From positions 625,789 through 676,687 of the forward strand of contig ML996706.1 in assembly GCA_010356995.1 (NCBI GenBank): DNA of 50,899 bases. The letters run 5' to 3'. The translations under genes were made by a program, and so were the position numbers. Every line of letters begins with the position of its first letter. Position 1 is the first letter of the stretch. The notes under the pieces were generated by a model that saw only the letters and a list, made by a program, of their open reading frames with translations, ran no database searches and had not been told where the DNA came from. Shown here in pieces: positions 25,566 to 38,206 of the stretch. Origin of the DNA: Trichodelitschia bisporula (taxonomy: Eukaryota).

Positions 25566-27431
25566 TCACCCCATGAACCCGCCGCGGCCGCGCCCCATGT
25601 CGTCTTGGAACCCAAACCCGCGCCCGGCAGCACCGGCGCCGGCTTGCATCATCAAAAACTCACGGGGCCCAAAGCCCGGCGGACCTCCCGGCGGCGGCGG
25701 TCCGAAGTAACCAGGCGGCGGCGGACCCGGCGGACCCGGGTGCGGCATCTGCGGAAACATGCCTTGGCCCGGCGCCATGCCACGCGCCATGCCAGGGTGC
25801 ATCGGGCCCGGTCCGGCACCGGGCATCATCGGCGGCGGCGGCCCACCAAAAGAGGGTGGCGTGCGCCCAAAGCCCGGCGGTGGCGGGATGATGCGATCCT
25901 GAGGCGTCGGCGGCATGCCGGTGCCCTTCATCCACGCAAGATCGACAGGCGCCTGCTGCGACGGGATGCCCATGTTCGAAATAGGCAGACGCGGTGGCTC
26001 GCGGCGCAGATCCTCGTACTCGTAGAAATAACCAGGTGGCGGCGGCGGGCGTACAGACTTGCGCTCCTCAGTCTCCCGACGGTGCATGTCATACAGACCG
26101 GGCGGCGCTGCAGGAGTAGACCGCTGCGACGGCTGTTTGGGCTTCTCGTAGAAGAAGTCGCTCTCGCGAACCGGCTCTTGGTTACGAGAGTTCTGGATCA
26201 GCGTGAGCAAGAAATCACGGTTGCGGTCGAGCAGCTGTCCTCCATTGCCGTTCGGCGGCATTTCTTGATGAGCCGAAAAGGCGTTACGAGGCGTCGCATT
26301 CTCCACACGCTGCGGCTCGGCCGGAAAGTAAGGGTTGTCATCGAAGCTGTTGCGGTTCTTCGCGAGGCCTGCACCCATGTCCCCAAACCCGGGCGGTGCA
26401 CTCGAAGGGTCCTTGGGGTGGACTGAGGTGTTGCCGAGCATCTGCAGGATTCGCTGAAAGCCCTCCTGGTCCTCGTTCCCGCGTGGGCTAGCCGGTGCGG
26501 GTGCGGGTGCGGGCGCCGGTGGCTGCTCCTCCTCTTCTTTGGCAAAAAAGCCGACGAAGCGAGATGACTTGCCCTTGGCGGGCGCAGGGCGCGCGGGCTC
26601 CGGCTTGTCAAACTTCTTCTCCTCCCACGTAGAAAATAGCTTGCCCAACGGGTCGACCGGTGGTGGCGGCTTGGGCTTTTCCTCTTCCGGCGCGGCGGAC
26701 GACGCCTTCATCTTCTCCTTCCACCGTTGAAAGTCCTCCTGCGTGCGGCCCTGATCTGACACCCGCTTATCCTCCTTGGGCGAGTCCATCCATTCAGGTG
26801 TCTCCTCAACGCGCGTGTCCATGCGGCCCTTCCACTCCTTCGTGGTGTTGTCCCTGTTGCGCCAGTCCGAGAAGCGGTCGTCCTCGCGTGACCACGGCTG
26901 CTCCGACTTGACGCGGGGCGCACGCCGTTCCTCGTTGTCACGGTTTTCACGCTTCTCACGGTGTGCCACTAGCCCTCCCCATCGGTCCTCGACCTGTGAG
27001 CTACGGCGCGGCCGTAATGGTTCCTCGTCATCGCGGCGTCGGATGCGGAGCGGGTCCTTGTCGGGCTTGTCTTCGGCTTTGACGCGCATGGCTGACGCAA
27101 AGGGCATTTTGGTGGGTCCCAGCACGACATCTGTTTGTCAGTGACGGTTCGCAGAAGGAAGGCACACCATGTACCTGGGTTCGAGTTGCGCGTCGAGTGG
27201 CGCGTGGGGAACAATGGGCGAGTCACTTCTGGGACTTCATCACGGCCTGGCTTCCGTCGAGGGTCAGGCGGTGCCCTGTAGGTTAGCGAGGAGATCAGGA
27301 TCACAGTGAAAGACATACTCCATCCACTGATCAATGGCTGGGAGGCCCGGCGGCTTCTGAACGAGCGGCGACTCTCGCAGATTTTTGAGCTCATCGATCG
27401 TGTATCGTATTACGGGTCCCGAGTCCGGCAT
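25566..27431 (-). CDS. Eap1/4E-T-like eIF4E-binding translational repressor (disordered, Pro/Gly-rich C-terminus)
   Basis: Exons 27431-27319, 27275-27175, 27130-25566. N-terminal RYTIDELKNLRESPLVQKPPGLP (YxxxxL-type), EETPEWMD, and many PPG(F/Y/L) motifs. The gene structure is solid; the product name is inferred. Confidence 0.7.
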
Positions 27432-27910
27432 TTTGGAATGTGAGGGAAAGAGAAAGACTCGACTAGCGAACGCTCAGTGGTATCACGCTACAACGCTGGG
27501 AGGCTCAGAGCGACGGTGTGTCGGAGCAAGGAGTGGCGGACGCAGGAGGTTGAATGGATGGCAGTTGAGGATGAGAAGGAACCAAACGGGGTTTGAGCAA
27601 CACGACGAGTAAAACGGGAGACTTTGCGGAGGTATTTGGGGGGTTTGGTGAATAGCGGCTTGAAGGTGTATGTAGTGGGGTGGGAGGGGAAGGAGACGTG
27701 GTGGAGTTTGTGTGTTGGGGCAGGTCACGATGCTGTCCATCCACAGTCCGTGCTCACACTCTCTCTCGCACCGCCCAGCACTTATTGCCAAGGCAACTTT
27801 GCAGAACAACAACTGTTGCCTGAGGCATTTTATATTCATATTCGTCCCAACTCCTCGCAAACAAAGGTCTCTCGTAAAGAGGAAATACATCACATCAGGC
27901 TCTAGAGACT

Positions 27911-28910
27911 TTACATCTCCACCATCCCAACAGCCTCCCGCATCGCCCTCGCATCCGGCCGCACGCCCTTAGCGAACTTGGTCACAAACTCCACAAGCCT
28001 CGCGTTAACATCCTCCGGGTTCGTCCAGCTGAGGAAGTGATGTCCATTAACCACAACCATCAGCCGCGCATCCGGGCTGTTAACAAACATCTTGATCTCC
28101 TCCTCAGCGTTCTTAACCGAGTACACCACATCCTGATCTCCATGCAGCCACAGCACCGGACACCGAACGTCAAACAGCCGCCCGTGGAGCCCGTCGCGCT
28201 CACGCAGGTTGATGGCCGCCTGGCGCGCACGCTTACGCCCGTCGTCCCCTTGGTAGTTCTTCTTGATCAGCTGCGTCCAGAGATCGCGCGTCTCGCTGTC
28301 GATGTCCTTGCCGAAGCCAATGTCGATCAGGAAGTTGCAGTACATGTCCGTTGGCTCCCACGATGAGACGGCCTGCGCCGACGTGGCATGCTCTACGAGC
28401 GGAGACACCTCCGCATTGCCGTCCCAGCAGCCCAGCTTGCGCGTGCGCTCGCTCTCGTAGTCCATGCTCGTTCCAAGTGGTATTATGCCCGAGATCTGGG
28501 ACATTAACACGTGTACAGGCGGCGAAAGATAAACAACGTACCACTTCAGGCCCAAGCAGCGCCATCCGCACCGTAATCCACCCGCCCTGGCTAGTCCCCA
28601 GGACAAACGCCTTCTTGATGCCCAACGCCTCGAGCACCTGTAGGTTCATAATCGCGGTGTCCCAGTATGTGAAGGTCTCGCTCTTGGTACGTGTGTCGCC
28701 ATGCCCCAGCAGCTCAATGGCCAGCAGGTTCATAGCAAGCGTCAGCTTCTTGTCGGCGAATTGGGCGCGGTACAGCTCGGCGCTCGTGGTGAAGCTGTTG
28801 ACTAGCACGAGCGTCGGCTTGTTCGGCGAGTAGCTCCGGGACATCCGGTACGAAACGTCAATGCCACCGAGATGCGGCACGCGGACTTTCTTCGGGACAC
28901 CGTCGGCCAT
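27911..28910 (-). CDS. Alpha/beta-fold hydrolase
   Basis: Exons 28910-28542 and 28495-27911 (46-nt intron). Motifs ELLGHG, nucleophile elbow GTSQGG, PVLWLHGDQD (acid), GHH (His). Confidence 0.92.
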
Positions 28911-29517
28911 GGTGGATGATGTTCTGTCTCTGGAGATTCTGTCAAGTAGTGGGGACGTGGTTGGGAGCGTAGTTCAGTCAATAAGCTCTATCAATCAAAG
29001 CGCACGATCAGGTCAATGAGCACAGGGTCCAAACAGTCACAGCGGCCCCCCTCCCCCCTATGTATACGGCGAGGACTCCCCAAAATCCGGCTTGAGTGCG
29101 GGGCGACCATGTGCAAGAAGGCATTGGACATCAGCACCTCACTACATCACGCCGGCCAGGATTCAGCAGGGGGAATAAGCGGGGTAGCTCCCGGTACTTA
29201 CGCCGCCCAGATTAAACCACAGAGTGTGATCCGTCGAGGAGGACAGCGATTTGCCTCTTGCGGTCTGCCGGTAGCCCGGACGTGAGATCACTGGACGGAT
29301 GAACCACCTCGGCTGGCCTTCGTGTTGCTCCTCCTCGTACCCCTCACGAACCATGCCGCTGGGAGCCTGCATAGCGGAGGTGCGCGCGTGGTCCAGACCG
29401 AGGGCTTGGCATACATCATGCAGCGAGCCTTGCAGATACGAAAGATGCGGCTGAACTCAATTATGATATTACACTTTACGCTCTATTAGATCGACTGCCG
29501 CTCCGTAAATCCGCCTG

Positions 29518-32500
29518 CTAATCCCACCCTTCGCCATCCGACCCTGAGCCCGTCCCGGATCGGCTGCGTGGCCGCCCGCGCTTCTTACCCGTGACGCCTG
29601 CTGAGCCCATCTTGCGCCGTTTCGGCGTCCCACCCGCCGCCGGCGCCTTGCGCTTCTTTTTCGGCGTGGCGTTCTCACCATCGCCCTCGCTCGCCGACTC
29701 GAAGCCTACAGCTGGTAGATCTTCTTCATCGACCTTGAGCTCATGATCGACAGCCAGCAGCTCCGCAAATGCGCGACACCGCTCGAGCTGCGCCTCGTCC
29801 GTCGACAGGGAATCCATGATGGATGCTATCTTTTCGAGGAACTTCTCGCTAGACACGAACGGTGCGCGAGTGGGCGCCTTGTTGAGGTCCTTAGTGGTCG
29901 GCTTCGCTTTTGCCAGCTTCTGCAGGCCCCATGCCTGCCGCAGGTGCGTGCGCGTCTCCCACACCATCGACGGTATCATCGCCGCTACAGTGAGCTGGCG
30001 CACGCGTGACGGCTCGACCGGCGCCGGTGCCTCCACTTGGTCGTCGAGCCGCATCTTGAGGACCTCGAGCTCGATGGCGTGTGCGACGGCGGCACCTGTT
30101 CCAGCGATGACCACTTTCTCAAGGCACGCCACCAGCATCAGCAGCTCGTCGACGCGCGAGTAGTCAAAGAAGGCCAGGTTCTCAAGCACGAAACGAGCAA
30201 ATTCCAGCAGTCCGTCGTCCACCTTCGCGAGTTCAAAGTCGATGCGCGATACGATATTGACGAGGAAGCGCTTGCGCACCTTGGCCGTCCCTGACTTGAG
30301 CACCTCGAAAAGGAGGCGCAGCTTGGGTCCGGCAGGCGTGGTACCACGCACGTCCCCAACACTCTTCTGGTAGGTGAAAGCCTGCTGCACCGCCTTGACG
30401 TACTCCTTCTCGAACATAGACTCATGCTTGTGATGGAGCGCCTTGTGCTCGTTGAACGCGATAGACGCGATAGCTTGGTTAGACGACGTCTCAAGCGCCA
30501 CCAGCGCCGGTCCGCACTCCTTCGGGTGCACGAGACCTTGTCGGTTGATGCTCGCGATGACCTGGGTCGCCGCTAACGCGAGATCGTCCGCCGTCGCGAG
30601 CGCGATGCGCAACACATGCTGCAGGAACTTTTGCGCAATCGTTGTGGCCGCACCGTCGTAATCACTGGCAATGAACGACGTGGCGAGCCTCTCTTGCCCG
30701 TGCACCGCACCCTCGCCTACTTTGATCTCCGCGCCAGTCTCGGAGCGCTTTTCTTCCTGGTAGAAAAAGCTGCGGAACCCCAGCAACACGATGCGCTCCA
30801 GCTTGGTATCGCTGTTGAGGAAGGCCAATTCGAACGCTGTGCTGACATCAGAGCGGAGATAGTGCTGCGGCCACGCCTGGCAAATGATGGCAATGGCGTC
30901 CAGGGCCGCCTCACGCAGCGCGTGTGGCTGCTTCTGGCGCGTGAACGGGCAGAACGTGTCGATAGCCAGACCGGAGACAGACTTGCCTTTCCAGTCAGGA
31001 AAGGACTTACGGAACTCCTCAAGATATACGTCAAAGTCGCACACTTTCAGAAACGGTCCCGAAATTTCGGCGTACCGCAGCACGTGGTTGAGGTTGTTCT
31101 GCTGCGACGGGTCTGCGAAATTCAGCTCCTTGCGCGAGTTAACGTTTTTGAGCAGGGACGTCATGAGCCGCGTGAGCCGCTCCGGATTCTTGAGCAGCCC
31201 GTTCAGTATCCACAGACACGTCGCCGTATCAAAGAGCTCCGTCTTGCCGAGCTTCGCGATGGCGCGGAAAAGCGAGTCCTGCACGTTGCGCATGAACCCC
31301 TGCTCCAGCGACGACAGAGACGGCAACACGTGCCTGAAGATGATGACGACGTAGCGGAACATCGGGAGGTTCTCACCGGCAGCTAGGTTGCGGATATATG
31401 GCTCGAGCAGGAGTAGCTGTTGCGAGTTGAACAGCTTCGGCTGCACCTTGGCGAAGACTGTCAGCGTCTGTGCAAGCTGGCGCTGCTCGTCGTTATCGAT
31501 GATCGAGTCGAACATGACGGCCACAATCTCCTTGCACACGTCGAAATTAGCCGGCTTCACCAGTAGGCTGCGGAGCAGCGACTCGAGCGCGAGCAGCCAT
31601 GTCTCGCCGCGCTGGACAGTGTGCACAATGAGCGAGACCTGCGCCTGAAGGGCAAGCTTTTGAGCGGTGTCACGGGTCATGTGCTGATACGGCGCGATCC
31701 ATAGCTCCTCAAAAGTTTGCCGCGCAAGCTCGGCGACGCTCTCCTCAACGTCGGACACGCGCTGCAGGATGGCCGCCGCGATACCCGACTGCACGTCGCG
31801 GTTAGTGTTGCGTTGGTAGATGTCCTTGAGCACCTTGAGCGCGCGCTTGCGGACCGTCGTCGCCTCGTCGTCTGCGAGCTGAACCACCTTGAGATACGCT
31901 TGGGCCTCGAGCCCTGGCTTCAACACGAGGCATTTCGCGAGCAGCGTCAGAGCCGAGTCACGCACAAGCGGAGAGCTGTCCTCGGCGCAGCGGATGATGT
32001 GGCGGATGACTGTATTGCCGCGGTCGAGAATGGTTGGGTCTTTCTCGAGCAGCTGCGGCACAGCCTTGAGGCTTTTGCTCTTGAGTGTTGAATGATTGCT
32101 CGTCATGCAGTTGAGCAAGATGCTGAGGATGCGCGGCTGGCCGCGGCAGAACGGAGACGCGAGAGCGACGAGCGTTGCCGCAAAGCGCGCCTGCGAGGTA
32201 GGGACGGACGTGGGGTTGCTACACGGTTAGTGTACGAGACGGTGAAGAATTTCAGGAAGCCTACTATTCTCTGTGCAGCCAGTCGCAGTCAACGACGGCA
32301 TTGTGCAGCTGAATGCACAGCTCAGGCGCCAGCTCTGGTCCGTTGTCTGCCTCTGACAGGAATATGACGTGCTTCGCCCACTCCGTGATCGTATACCCAC
32401 TCGCGCTGCTCGCTTGCATGTCCTGCCCCTGCGATTGCAGGTACTCGACGACGCTGCGGTACGGTCCCTCGAGCGCGACAATCGCGCCCATCTGGTTGTC

Positions 32501-35383
32501 ATTTACAAACTGCTCCGCTGCGTCGAATAGGTCAGCGGCCAGCTTCGACTCGTTCGTAGCAATGCCGCGTAGGCCGTTGCGAACGAAGAGCTGTAGGTCC
32601 GATATGCTAGATCCCATGAGGCCCATCAAGTCGAGTGCAAGGTTCTTCGCCGGTACCAGGCGCTTGTCGTCCTCGACGATGACGATCATCTGTCCCAGCA
32701 AGCTGCGTAGCAGCAGCTCCGCCGCGGGCCAGTCAGGCGACCCGAGCACGTTAATGAAGTCCTCGGTGAAGATATCGAGCAGGTTGCGGTAGGGTTGGTC
32801 CCCAGATTTTGTAGATGTCAACGCCCGCTGCACAAGGTAGCTAACGACATACGAGGCGTTTTTAAGAGCGCTGTCGTGCAGCGGGTCAGCCACCCTACGG
32901 AGCTCCTTCACAGCGGCGTCAAGGTCGTCGGGGACGTCTTCGAGGCCAATAATGTCGGGTACACCATGCACGGCGTTTCCGGGTATACCGCGCACGGCGA
33001 TCTCATCGGAATCGTCTTCGGAATCGTCTTCCGCGAGAGCGCGCACGGGTTTGCGGCGCTGGGGGCCGCTTCGAGAGCCGCTCGTCTGCACCAGGCGCAT
33101 CAGCAGCGCTGAAACGAGCTGGATCGGCCGGCAGTCAGCGAGCTTGAACTGGCGGGCGCTCTGTCGCGTTACCGGGAGACGCTCCAGCGACGTCAAAATC
33201 TCGTCAAAAATGAACGGCCGCTGGTCCAGGTGGCGGGCAAAAATGGCTGCCAGGACGTCCATGGCGGTGCGACGCAGGGATTCGAAGCGCTGGATGCCGA
33301 GTGCAGACTCCTTTTCGGCGTGGGCATTTTCGACAAAGATGAGGCGCATCGCGAGAAACTCCATTTTGGTGACAGCACTGTCGGCGACGTCGACCTCCGA
33401 GACTAGAGTCTCGAGTAAACGGAACACGCGGCCGCACATATGCAGCAGGCTGGAGAGCGGCTTCTTCTGGCTGGCATAAATTTTGAAGGCCTCTGCATTG
33501 GTGCGCGCCTCGACGACTGGCACGACGCTGTCCACAACATGCTCCAGCGCGCGCATGATGCCGCCGAGAATGTCCTCCGAGTACAGCTGCTTCTCCTCGC
33601 GTCCGGCCGTCAGGATGCGGAGCAAGATCTTCGTCGCTTGAAGCCCACTCTCGGCGTGCCGCAGGCGGACCACCCAATCCGCAATGTTCTCGTCGTTGGA
33701 TGCTTCGTCGACGATGAGGTTGATACACTCCACCGAAGCCACTGTGTTATCGCAAAGTTTCTGCAGCCGCATCACGTCTTCGACAGGGAGGCGATAGAAC
33801 GATTTGGTTGAAACGGCATTACGCACGGCGTTTTCGATGCGAACCTGCAGCGCTTCGGCTAGCAGCGGCGGGTCGTCCTCGTCACCCAGGCCCTGAATGA
33901 AGTACCTGTTATCAATGTCTTGCTCAACATGGTCCTCCGCATGGAAGGTCTCTTGTAAGATCCGATTGAGCGCGTGAACGGCAGCATCAGCCTTTTCGCG
34001 CTGGTCTACAGTCAGCTCCAGCACCTCGTGGCGCTCGGAGTCGCGCTTGCGTTTGCGGAGCGCCTCTGTCGCCACCCTTGCGTCGATGTCGGGGAATTCT
34101 TGGTACCCGGAGCGGTTCACCGCGGTGGGAACAACAACTTTCGGGGCCATGCTGACACGGATAGTGGCATTTTCTTCCTCCGCGGCGGCATTTAGCGCGC
34201 GGGTTTCGGACATATCCCGCGAACTGTGAGCTACATGGGGCTGAGTTGTGGGTTGTGTCCTAGGTTGCGTCCCGGACTGTATTACGGAGGGCGTCATGGA
34301 CTGTACCTGCGCGGGCTTTATATACACGGTTGGCTTGACCGGTATGGCTGGCTCATCGTGTGCCGTTGACTGTGCCGTTGACCGGACCTGGACGATTGGT
34401 TGAACTTGGACGGTTGGTTGAACTTGGACGGTTGACTGAACCTGGACGGTTGGCTGAACTTGAACTACCGGTCGAGCCTGGATGACCGGCTGGACTGAGG
34501 CAGGCTGTACCGTCGGTCGGGCTGGCGATTGAGCGGGAATCGATGTACGCGGCTGAGCGGGCACCACGACTTGGGGCTTCCGAGGCGTCACTTGGATGGT
34601 CTCCAGAATCACTGGCTGCGGTGTTTCCTCAATCTTGGGGCGCCGCTTCGCCTTTGCCTGAACGGTATCCCGCAGTGATACGTCCTGAGACGATCCCTTA
34701 TCGCGCGGCGTCTGCGTCGTCTGCAACGTCTGCGATAGCGACGTCACGCGCCTACCCTGCGGTATCACAACCTGCGCCAACTGCGATGTCTTCCGCTGCG
34801 GCTCCGGAGCGCGCGGCTTCGGCGGTGCCACCGCAGGATAGTGGTGCTCAACATGGGCCTTGTCGAAGACAAGCTTGCTGAAAGGGCTGAGAGCTAGTGG
34901 CTCGCGGGTATTGCTGCTGGCCCGCCGGTTCAGCGACTGGGCAGGCAGGCCCGCGAACTTGTACTCGGTGAGGGCATCGGGGTGCAGGAGCCCGCGGAGC
35001 TTGCGGAGCGACTGTTCGAGCAGCTGAGATGTGCGATTTGGATTGCTTGCTTCGGCGTCGAGCGTGTCTAGTGCTTTACGAGAGAGGCGCCGCTCCACGT
35101 TGGTGCATTTATCGTTGGGATATACAACCGGAGATGCGGAAGGCCCAGCGAAGGGAAAGGGGAGAATGTCTACAGGTCAGCGTTGGACACACACGAGAGA
35201 GACGCGATGAGGTTAGAGCATACCAGCCGCAAATGGGACGATGGATGACAAAGGGGTGAACTGCAGAGCATTGTCCACGGTCGGCGCGCGCAACCGCTTG
35301 TCATGAGCCTGTGAATCGGACGAGACGCGCGAGCCGTTTGTGCCGTTTGGCACGAGAACGTGAGGATGGTGACTGCGATCCAT
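29518..35383 (-). CDS. SCC2: Cohesin loader Scc2/Mis4/NIPBL
   Basis: Exons 35383-35224, 35169-32265, 32218-29518. Motifs PTVDNALQFTPLSS, FIFDEILTSLERLPVTRQSARQFKL, IQLVSALLMRLVQ, DWPAAELLL, DSSPLVRDSAL, VRKRA, RQGLVHPKECGPALVALETS. Confidence 0.96.
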
Positions 35384-35666
35384 GGCGAATACAGTACCAA
35401 CTTCTGCTGACGTCGAGGGTTGAGACGAGGGTCTCGGGGATTATTGTCGTAGGGAAGCGATGCACATTGCGCGCAAGACGGAGATGCTGAGCACTTGATG
35501 CAGCTACGAGGTTGTGGTCTTGGAGACCTGGGAGTCTCCTCTAAGGTCAAGTGGGCGGAGACGCACGGACCAAGCCTCTTCGTTCCGCTCGCGGATTTCT
35601 CACTTTTGCGATCGCCACAAGTCGTCCCGAACCATCCAAACTACATCCGAGTACTGTACGCCCACA

Positions 35667-36117
35667 ATGTCCTGCATCGGCTCACTCGTCTTTTGTCCTG
35701 ACTGCGGGGACCTACTCGATGGTGCTGCCGGCGACGAGAAGGCTGTCCTGACCTGCACCATCTGCGGTGCACAGTGCAAAGGTACGTCTGTCCGCTTGCA
35801 GGTAAGCTCAAGGCTAACCGACAGACACCTCATCCAAAGTCATCGTCACGCAGTCCAAGCCGACCGACTTCCCCTCCTCGCTGCGTGTGAAGCGGTCCGA
35901 TATCCAGATGGTCGACAGCGGCCTCGACGCGAACCCGACTATCATGCACCCGTGCGAGAACTGCGGCGCGGAAGAGGTCCGCTTCTACACCCAGCAGCTG
36001 CGCGGCGCCGACGAGGGCACGACAGTCTTTTACGAGTGCCCGCAATGCCGACACAAGTATGTTGTTCATCTTTGGGACGTGCCCAGCTGACATTTCAGGT
36101 GGAATACAAACAACTAG
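35667..36117 (+). CDS. RPA12: RNA polymerase I subunit A12.2
   Basis: Exons 35667-35781, 35825-36056, 36099-36117. Motifs [55 protein letters not shown]. Confidence 0.95.
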
Positions 36118-36129
36118 ATACCCGACGCC

Positions 36130-37133
36130 CTATGTAGCCGTAACCTCTGGAATCAATGCGTACTGCAATTCGCCCTTCTTCTCAAACTCCGCCATGTCCA
36201 GCGCCACCACCACGCTGTCCCGCACCACCTGCTCGGGGTCGTCCAAAAATCGCCGCAGCACGTCCTCGACACCCTCCTCCTCGCCGAGCGACCCTAGCGC
36301 CTCGGCCGCCTCGTGCCGCACCATGCTCGCCTCGTTCAGGTCGCTCAGCGTCTCTACGAGGCTAGGGATTGATGCAGGATGGGACAGCTGCCCGAAGACG
36401 AAGGCAATCTCGTGACGGAACAGCGCCGACGGGTCCCTGAAGCCCTTGGCGAGTGCCTGGACGGCCGGCAGGGCGGTGGGCGCGTCGGGCGGGGAGGACA
36501 GATCGCGCAGGGCGAACATGGCGCGGTAGCGCTCGAAGAGTGGCCGCGAAGTGTCCAGCAACGTGTTCTCCAACGCTTTGATCGAGGGTGTCTCCTCCGT
36601 CTGGGGCAGCGGCGGGGCGGGGTCTATTGATGCAAAGTCGCTGTCCTGTTAGCCTAGTCGGTAGTCATCGGCATTCCACCCCACCTTTTCTTGAGCTCCT
36701 CTTTGCGTCCGCTGTGCTCCCATTCAATCCGCTCGACCGCAATCTCGCACGTCTCACGCACAACGACCTCTTCCGCAGCGTCATCCCTGCGCTGCTTTAA
36801 TAGCTCCAAGCTGCTCTTATCCCCCAGCGCCCCCAACGCCTCCGCCGCCTCGTGTCTGCACATGGCATCCTCAGCGCGGTCCTCGAGCACGGCGCGCAAC
36901 ACCGGCACGGCAGCCGGGTTGCGCGTCTGGCCGAGGCAGTAGGCGAGCTCGTGCTTGAGCAGCGCCGACGGGGACGTGAACGCGGCAGCGATGGCGTCGA
37001 TTGCGGGGAGTGTGGTTGCGGTGTCGGGCGTGGAGGCTAGGTGCTTGAGTGAGAAGAGGGCGCGGAAGCGGCGGGCGAGAGGGGCGGATTCGGAGGTGAG
37101 CGTCTCGCGGAGGGGGGGGACGGGCGAGGCCAT
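36130..37133 (-). CDS. LIA1: Deoxyhypusine hydroxylase
   Basis: Exons 37133-36685 and 36640-36130. HEAT repeats with four HE motifs (LKHELAYCLGQ, CRHEAAEALG, FRHEIAFVFGQ, VRHEAAEALG) and FASIDPAP. Confidence 0.97.
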
Positions 37134-37918
37134 GCTGGTGGAAGGAGCTGTAAGAGCAGAAGTGTGTGAGGAAGTGAGAAATAAACACTTGGAGGAGAGG
37201 ATCGTAGCCTTGGAGAGGACGCCACTCGCGGATTTGTGGTGGGGTTAACTTTTTTTCAATAATGGGTGCCTGGGCAGCAGGGATGGAGTGCGGGGCAGGT
37301 TGAGGCGGGAAAGAACCGCATGCATGGACCGATGGACTGGCTCTCCTATCGTCATTATCATACCTCCGCGTCGTATTCCATTGCGGTGGTGCTGGATTAA
37401 AGCTGGATTTAGACCTGAGAACGAAATGCAGACGTCGAGGGAGTAACAGAGGGCGAGGACGATTTATGGTAGTCGTATTGATACTGAACTTCGACTTCCA
37501 TCCACGTGAACATCCAAACATTGAGCAACCATGGACCAAGGGGACCAAACCCAATAGAACCAGCTCCCTAACTCAATCCCTCGCAAGATCAGGCTGTTCA
37601 CCAGCACGGCATGAAAGAGGTAAACTATCATCTACACGACGTATAACATGTCGCAGCAACAGCCCAAGATGTCGCTGCATCAGCTTCTCACCAACGGCCT
37701 CGCGTTCTGTGAATTGATAGAGGACCACTACTCGCCTAGGAGTAGTGTAGTATCTTCCACTTGCTGACGATGAAGACTCCAGAATTGCTCGGGATCAGTA
37801 TTATCCTGATGCAACACGCTGCAAATTATCTGCGCCAGGCCGGAGACGACGTGGCAGTACCTCAAGGAGTGCGAAGCAGGGCTGCGCGAGCTGCGGCTAT
37901 GGGAGTTGTTACCATCAA

Positions 37919-37937
37919 AGGGTTAGGGTTAGGGTTA
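37919..37937. repeat. Interstitial telomere-like tract (AGGGTT)3A
   Basis: AGGGTTAGGGTTAGGGTTA read directly; TTAGGG is the usual Pezizomycotina telomere unit. Confidence 0.85.
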
Positions 37938-38206
37938 ATTAAGGTGGATGACATTGGTGAGGAGCTCTGGCAGCATCCGGACACGCGATGAAGGAGCTGA
38001 GGGCAGAGAACGCGCGGAAGCACTGCACAGTGAATGAGATGCGGCACATGGCATGGCGACCGACTGGCGTACCATAGTAGGGCGGCTGGTGGGGAGAGCG
38101 GAGCAGTATCTACGGCCCAATATGACAGCTTCAAGTTTCGACATTGTCATCACAAGCACATCCTCTTCAACCTCCCGCACCAGGCGAAAGCATCAATGAG
38201 GAAAAG

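Noticed and set aside
37744..37755. AGTGTAGTATCT, identical to the U2 snRNA branch-point-pairing region
   Set aside because: Flanks lack U2 stem I, stem IIa and the Sm site, and the antisense has no adjacent D box; a 12-nt match can be chance.
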